From assembly GCA_963667485.2 (NCBI GenBank), contig CAXXDD010000001.1, forward strand, positions 913,773 through 977,772: a stretch of DNA of 64,000 nt, written 5' to 3'. Under the pieces are notes generated by a model. The model searched no databases. It had not been told where the DNA came from and saw only the letters and a program-made list of their open reading frames with translations. Source of the DNA: Longimicrobiales bacterium (GTDB lineage: Bacteria > Gemmatimonadota > Gemmatimonadetes > Longimicrobiales > Gaopeijiaceae). Position 1 is the stretch's first letter. The number at the start of each line of letters is the position of its first letter. The position numbers and the translations under genes were made by a program. Shown in pieces: positions 59,837 to 64,000 of this stretch.

Positions 59837-60843
59837 GGTCGCCGCCGCCGAAGCGCCACTATGGGGATCCCGCGGGGGAGTATCGGGCGGCGGTGGAGGG
59901 GTGCGGGGTCGTGGTGCGCGGGGACCGGCGGCTGTTGCGGGCACACGGCCGCGCGCCTGCGCAGATGCTGAACGGGATCCTGACGAGCCGGATTCCGGGG
60001 GCGCCGGTGGGCGGTGTCGGCGACGCCGTCTACGGCACCATCCTCACCGCCAAGGGACGCATGGTCAGCGACGTGGTGACCCTCTGGTTGGGCGCGGGAG
60101 AGGAGGAAGGGTTGGGGTTGAGTGTCGCGAATGCCGCGCATGAGGCGGTCATGACCCACTTCAGGCGGTTTCTCCCCCCCAGGCTTGCGCGATGCGAAGA
60201 GCTCGGCGAGGGGACGCGGTTGCTTACAGTGGTCGGCCCTGGCGCGGGCGAGACGGTTGCGGCGGTGTTTGGAGTTGTGCCGGAGAGCGGGTTTGCCCTG
60301 CTGGGTGATGGACCCCTCGGCGGCGGCACGGTGGTGGCGCGTGGGGTGCGCCAGGTGCCCTCTTGGGATGTGTGGGTTGGCGCGGACGCGCTTTCAGGCG
60401 TTTGGGCCCGGCTGCGAGAGCACGGTGCGGTTCCGGTCGGTGCGGGCACGTGGGATACGCTGCGCGTCGAGGCTGGCTTCCCGGAGTTCGGCATCGACAT
60501 GGACGACAGCACGATCCCCGTCGAGGCCGGGCTGGTCGACGTCGCGTTCGATCACGGCAAGGGCTGCTACACCGGGCAGGAAGTGATCGTACGGATCCGT
60601 CATCGCGGCCGGGTGAACTGGCATCTGCGGGCGCTGCGGTTCGGAGACTTTGCGGCGCGGCCGGGGGCCCAGCTGTTCGAGGCGGGTGGGACGAAGGTGC
60701 GAGGCCGGGTGACTTCGGTGGCGGATTCGCCGCGGTTTGGTCAGGTCATCGGGCTGGGATATGTGCGGCGAGAGGTGGAAGTGCCGGGGACGCTGAGGCT
60801 GGGGAGTGGGGAGGGGGTAGGGGTTGTGGTGGAGCCCGAGTAG
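59830..60843 (+). CDS. ygfZ: Folate-binding YgfZ/GcvT-family protein
   Basis: It has the signature KGCYTGQE, WDTLRVEAGFPEFG and a GcvT-like N-terminus. The GTG start overlaps the preceding stop by 7 nt. Confidence 0.75.
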   Translation: MVGSPPPKRHYGDPAGEYRAAVEGCGVVVRGDRRLLRAHGRAPAQMLNGILTSRIPGAPVGGVGDAVYGTILTAKGRMVSDVVTLWLGAGEEEGLGLSVANAAHEAVMTHFRRFLPPRLARCEELGEGTRLLTVVGPGAGETVAAVFGVVPESGFALLGDGPLGGGTVVARGVRQVPSWDVWVGADALSGVWARLREHGAVPVGAGTWDTLRVEAGFPEFGIDMDDSTIPVEAGLVDVAFDHGKGCYTGQEVIVRIRHRGRVNWHLRALRFGDFAARPGAQLFEAGGTKVRGRVTSVADSPRFGQVIGLGYVRREVEVPGTLRLGSGEGVGVVVEPE

Positions 60844-61049
60844 GAGCACGCTACAGATCGACCCGATCGTATCGGAATAGCACCGGGTCTTGCGTCTTGC
60901 CGGGCGTAGCCGTAGACGTGGTACCCTTCACGTCGCTTTTCCCAGCCGACCCACAGGATCACTGTGATAGTCCTTCACCTTTGCGCTGGCTTTGGTGCAG
61001 TCACAAAAGGGCGCGCGCCCATCTTCCGCCGACGCGCTTCGAGAGAACC

Positions 61050-61691
61050 GTGAAGCGGCAGTGGTGGCGAAACGGCAGTTGGTGGGCCGCGATGGCTGGC
61101 GGCGCGGTCGCCTTCCCCATATCAGTGGTGCTTCACGAACTCGGGCACTTTGGCGCATTTGTCGCGTTTGGATTCCCCGACCCGGTCCTGAGTTTCGCCT
61201 CCGCCGGCTGGACCGGTTCCGGGGAGTTCGCCAGGCTTTTCCGGGCAGGAGATGTCGAGGCCGCGGCAGCGATTGTCGAACCGTGGCAAGAGGCGGTTGG
61301 CGCAGCAGCGGGGCCGATTGTCTCCTACCTGATCATCATTGCTTGCACTCTTGCAGTGCGCCGATTCGGCCCTGGTCCCCTTTCCCTGATCTTCGCACTC
61401 GGGTTTGTGGCCCCGTGGCGCTGGACATGGGCATTTCCGATCCTTTTCCTGATCCTCCGTGGTGCCCGAGTCTCATGGGGCCCCGACGAAATGATCGTGT
61501 CGGCGCTCACGGGGATCCCCCAGTCCGTCGTGATTGTATTGGCCCTGGTGAGCCTCGTGCTCGGGTACTGGTTCATCGTGACCGCCCTTCCTCGCGGAAG
61601 AAGGGTGCATACCGTCGTTCCGACGTTGGTCGGCGGGGTCCTTGGTGGCGTCCTGTGGATCCTGGCTCTGGGGCCCCTGCTCCTTCCGTAA
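61050..61691 (+). CDS. Multi-pass membrane protein with an HExxH motif (putative intramembrane metalloprotease-like)
   Basis: VVLHELGHFGAF lies within TM1 and about 5 hydrophobic segments follow. The start is uncertain (GTG 61050 or ATG 61092). The upstream part of ORF 60363..61691 is an alternative-frame shadow of ygfZ. Confidence 0.45.
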   Translation: MKRQWWRNGSWWAAMAGGAVAFPISVVLHELGHFGAFVAFGFPDPVLSFASAGWTGSGEFARLFRAGDVEAAAAIVEPWQEAVGAAAGPIVSYLIIIACTLAVRRFGPGPLSLIFALGFVAPWRWTWAFPILFLILRGARVSWGPDEMIVSALTGIPQSVVIVLALVSLVLGYWFIVTALPRGRRVHTVVPTLVGGVLGGVLWILALGPLLLP

Positions 61692-61904
61692 GATCGCCGG
61701 TTGGTAAAGGGAGTTGCCAATAGGAGGTGGATCCCAGGCGCCAATCACCGATCTGCTTGTCGACTTTGGGGAGTTTGCGGCATCCGGCGCCAACGGCTTG
61801 GCAGCCGGTAGTGCGGGAAGCTAATCTAGGGACTCCTTCGGATTTTCGCCCGTTCGGCTCTTTCGATCATCCCATTTTCGCCACACCAGACCCTGAGATC
61901 ACCA

Positions 61905-63026
61905 GTGATTTTCGCACTTCGGGTTGTACGGCAGCACCTCGCCATCGTGCTGGCTCTGCTGCCGGGCTCCCTCGAGGCCCAGGAACGTCTGTTCGCCACC
62001 GATTCTGTGGGCAGCACCGCGGGCGATGATGCGTTCGGGCGTATCGTTCACGTCGCGCTCAGTCCAGAGGGCTCCCTCGCAGTAGCCCAATTTGGCCTAC
62101 GTGAGGTGTGGGTGTTTGACGCGGGGGGCAGGAAGCAGATCGTCGGGCGCCCTGGCGAGGGGCCTGGGGAATTCGGGTTGGTGTCTGCGGTGGCTTGGCG
62201 AAGTGATACTCTTGTGGTCATAGACGGCAGCCGGCAGCGTGTTTCTCTCATGGCGGGGGACGGCCGCTACCTTGGCGGCCACAACACCACCCGCATTCTA
62301 GCCGCCGTGAGGTACGGTCCCGTCGGATACCTGCGCTCCGGCCTCACCGTGGCAGCGCCTCGGGTCCTTTCGACCTCCACCGCTGCCGCCAAGCCCCTAC
62401 ACCTCGTCGACATCAACGGCCAAGTCGCAGCCTCTGTCGGAGAAGTGCGGCACCGGCGCGTATCGTCGAGGATAACACTCGCCGGCCGGCCGGCCGTCTT
62501 TCTACATCCCATGCCCAACGTCACGCGGACGGCGCTCAGTCCCGACGGCCGCTACTTTGCGACCGCGGACGAACACGAGAGTCGTAACGGCTCGGAACTC
62601 CAGTTCACCTTGTATGACGACAGCGGGAGAGAAGTCGGCAGGACCGCCGTGACCCTCGAAACCGATCCTGCGTCGGACGATGACGTGCTCCACCGCCTTG
62701 ACGAACACATCAAAGCATTGTCCCGGAACCACCCGGTTGCCAGCATCCGCCGCGCCATCTTGGAAGAGGTTCACCGACCCCACCGGTTGCCCGCCCTGTC
62801 GAGCTTTCTGCTCGACAATGCTGGCAACCTCTGGGTCGGTAGCATCGGCAAGGACGGCAGGGTCCTCTGGAGGGCTTGGAGTATCCAGGGCGATCTCGTA
62901 CGAACGTGGATCGTGGAGCCGACTCTAGACGTGAGACAGATCCATGACGGGAGAGTTGTCGCCATTCGTCACGACGACATGAAGGGATGGCGCGTGATCT
63001 TCCTGAGACCTCAAGCAGCAGAGTGA
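61905..63026 (+). CDS. Secreted 6-bladed beta-propeller protein (paralogue of 47763-49139)
   Basis: It has a signal-like N-terminus and GEGPGEFGLV / VWVFDAGGR blades. Confidence 0.5.
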   Translation: MIFALRVVRQHLAIVLALLPGSLEAQERLFATDSVGSTAGDDAFGRIVHVALSPEGSLAVAQFGLREVWVFDAGGRKQIVGRPGEGPGEFGLVSAVAWRSDTLVVIDGSRQRVSLMAGDGRYLGGHNTTRILAAVRYGPVGYLRSGLTVAAPRVLSTSTAAAKPLHLVDINGQVAASVGEVRHRRVSSRITLAGRPAVFLHPMPNVTRTALSPDGRYFATADEHESRNGSELQFTLYDDSGREVGRTAVTLETDPASDDDVLHRLDEHIKALSRNHPVASIRRAILEEVHRPHRLPALSSFLLDNAGNLWVGSIGKDGRVLWRAWSIQGDLVRTWIVEPTLDVRQIHDGRVVAIRHDDMKGWRVIFLRPQAAE

Positions 63027-63169
63027 AGGCCGCCATCGGTCCACGGTGAACTTGACGCGATGGCGGAAGTTGTCGAATGAGCCGCCAGCGCATAACGCAG
63101 GCGCGACCGCGACACCCAGCGCGAAGCGAACGCGCGCGCCCCGCGCCCCGCGAGAACCGCGCCGCACTC

Positions 63170-63997
63170 TCATCCCTCTGACTCCTGCGCCGGGAAGTAG
63201 TAGGTCATGTTGTCGAAGTCGATGGTCCAGGATCCGAGGGGCCAGAGGTACTGGTGGGACATGAGGGCGTCCATCATGAAGCCGCTGCGCCAGAAGAAGT
63301 CCTCCTCGACGAAGACGTTGCCCATGGCTTGCGTCGCGCCCTTCATGAGGCCGTTCAGGCCGTGGGACTCGATCGACGTCCAGTAGTATGGGGTGCCTTC
63401 GATGGCGTTGGTCTCGAGGCCCAGAAGCTCGACGGTTTCGTCGACGAGGATCATGGGCATGCTCATGGCGAGACCTGAATCGAGGAAGTAGTTGATGCCT
63501 TCGTGGCCGTTCAGGCTGCCCTTGGCCACCATGAGGTGGGTGCCGGTCATGTAGAAGGGGAGTCGGGCGGGCGGGGTGTCGCCGAGGGTTTCCATGACCT
63601 GGGCGAGGGCCTCGGGGGTGCGTTCGCGCAGGGTGATGCGGCTGTTGTCGTAGTCCATGGTGCTCAGGAACTGCTTGAGCATCTGGGTGGTGAGGACTCC
63701 GTCGCTGGTCTGGCCGAGCGCCTTCCAGGTGGCGCCGACGACGGGGACGTTGGTGAAGGTGACGTCGCCCATGGTGACCGTTTCGGCGACCCCGAGGGGC
63801 TCCTCGACCGTCTGGCCGCCGGTGTAGGCGTAGCTCGCCTCGCGGTTGGCGAGGGTCGTGAGGCCGAGGCTCGCGTAGATGTCCTTGTCGAGGTAGAGGC
63901 GGTCGCCGCCGGTGTCGAGGATGAGGGAGACGGTCTGGCCGTTGACTTCGAGGTCGACGATGGGAAGGGCGCCCGGCTGGGTGATGTCGTTGGTCAT
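63170..63997 (-). CDS. Retropepsin-like aspartyl protease domain protein; the N-terminus probably lies beyond the window edge
   Basis: VDLEVNGQTVSLILDTGGDRLYL has a DTG active-site motif. The ORF reaches within 3 nt of the window end. Confidence 0.5.
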   Translation of the reverse strand: MTNDITQPGALPIVDLEVNGQTVSLILDTGGDRLYLDKDIYASLGLTTLANREASYAYTGGQTVEEPLGVAETVTMGDVTFTNVPVVGATWKALGQTSDGVLTTQMLKQFLSTMDYDNSRITLRERTPEALAQVMETLGDTPPARLPFYMTGTHLMVAKGSLNGHEGINYFLDSGLAMSMPMILVDETVELLGLETNAIEGTPYYWTSIESHGLNGLMKGATQAMGNVFVEEDFFWRSGFMMDALMSHQYLWPLGSWTIDFDNMTYYFPAQESEG

Positions 63998-64000
63998 CGG

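Overview
High-G+C bacterial chromosomal window. The gene content (many lipoproteins, 6-bladed beta-propeller and CarboxypepD_reg proteins) suggests a Gemmatimonadota-like organism, but I cannot verify taxonomy from here. The window has three parts. (1) About 1-20.35 kb is a decayed integrative/mobilisable island that carries defence genes. It holds an IS110-family transposase fragment, a frameshifted P4-type integrase, and a MobC-like remnant with an in-frame TAA. The cargo starts with a visibly lower-G+C two-gene ABC-type ATPase + Toprim-like module. Next is a co-directional array of higB(frameshifted)-higA-hsdR-hsdS-hsdM plus an AbiJ/HEPN-like gene joined by overlapping stop/start codons, then an HU/IHF gene. 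Then comes a 1115-aa protein with an Mrr-like nuclease motif, a P-loop NTPase and a long helical C-terminus. An intact IS1380-family element sits just upstream of that gene. After a 1.5-kb unassigned stretch, an intact tyrosine integrase is followed by an att-like repeat. (2) 20.35-30.6 kb is a second segment ending in an internally deleted copy of the same integrase and the same att-like repeat, which looks like a tandem island. It carries a TipA-type MerR regulator, a sodium:solute symporter, a TonB_C protein, a SAM methyltransferase, degraded Ig/PKD ORFs, and a 1483-aa lipoprotein with Big_2 repeats, two plant-type LRR modules and an HExxH domain. (3) 30.6-64 kb is ordinary chromosome: PQQ dehydrogenase, vapBC, IorAB-like oxidoreductase, di-haem peroxidase, a CapA-serine hydrolase fusion, a peptidase/symporter/aminotransferase operon, cyclophilin, ABC transporter, NUDIX, GGT, Lon, SirB1-like and YgfZ. 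It also holds selD, which the ORF track truncates: the gene reads through an in-frame TGA at the catalytic Sec/Cys position. The best candidates for an undescribed system are the nuclease-NTPase giant (12393-15740), the ATPase/Toprim pair (2749-4433) and the HEPN-like fourth cistron of the type I R-M operon. All family assignments come from reading motifs by eye; no database search was possible.
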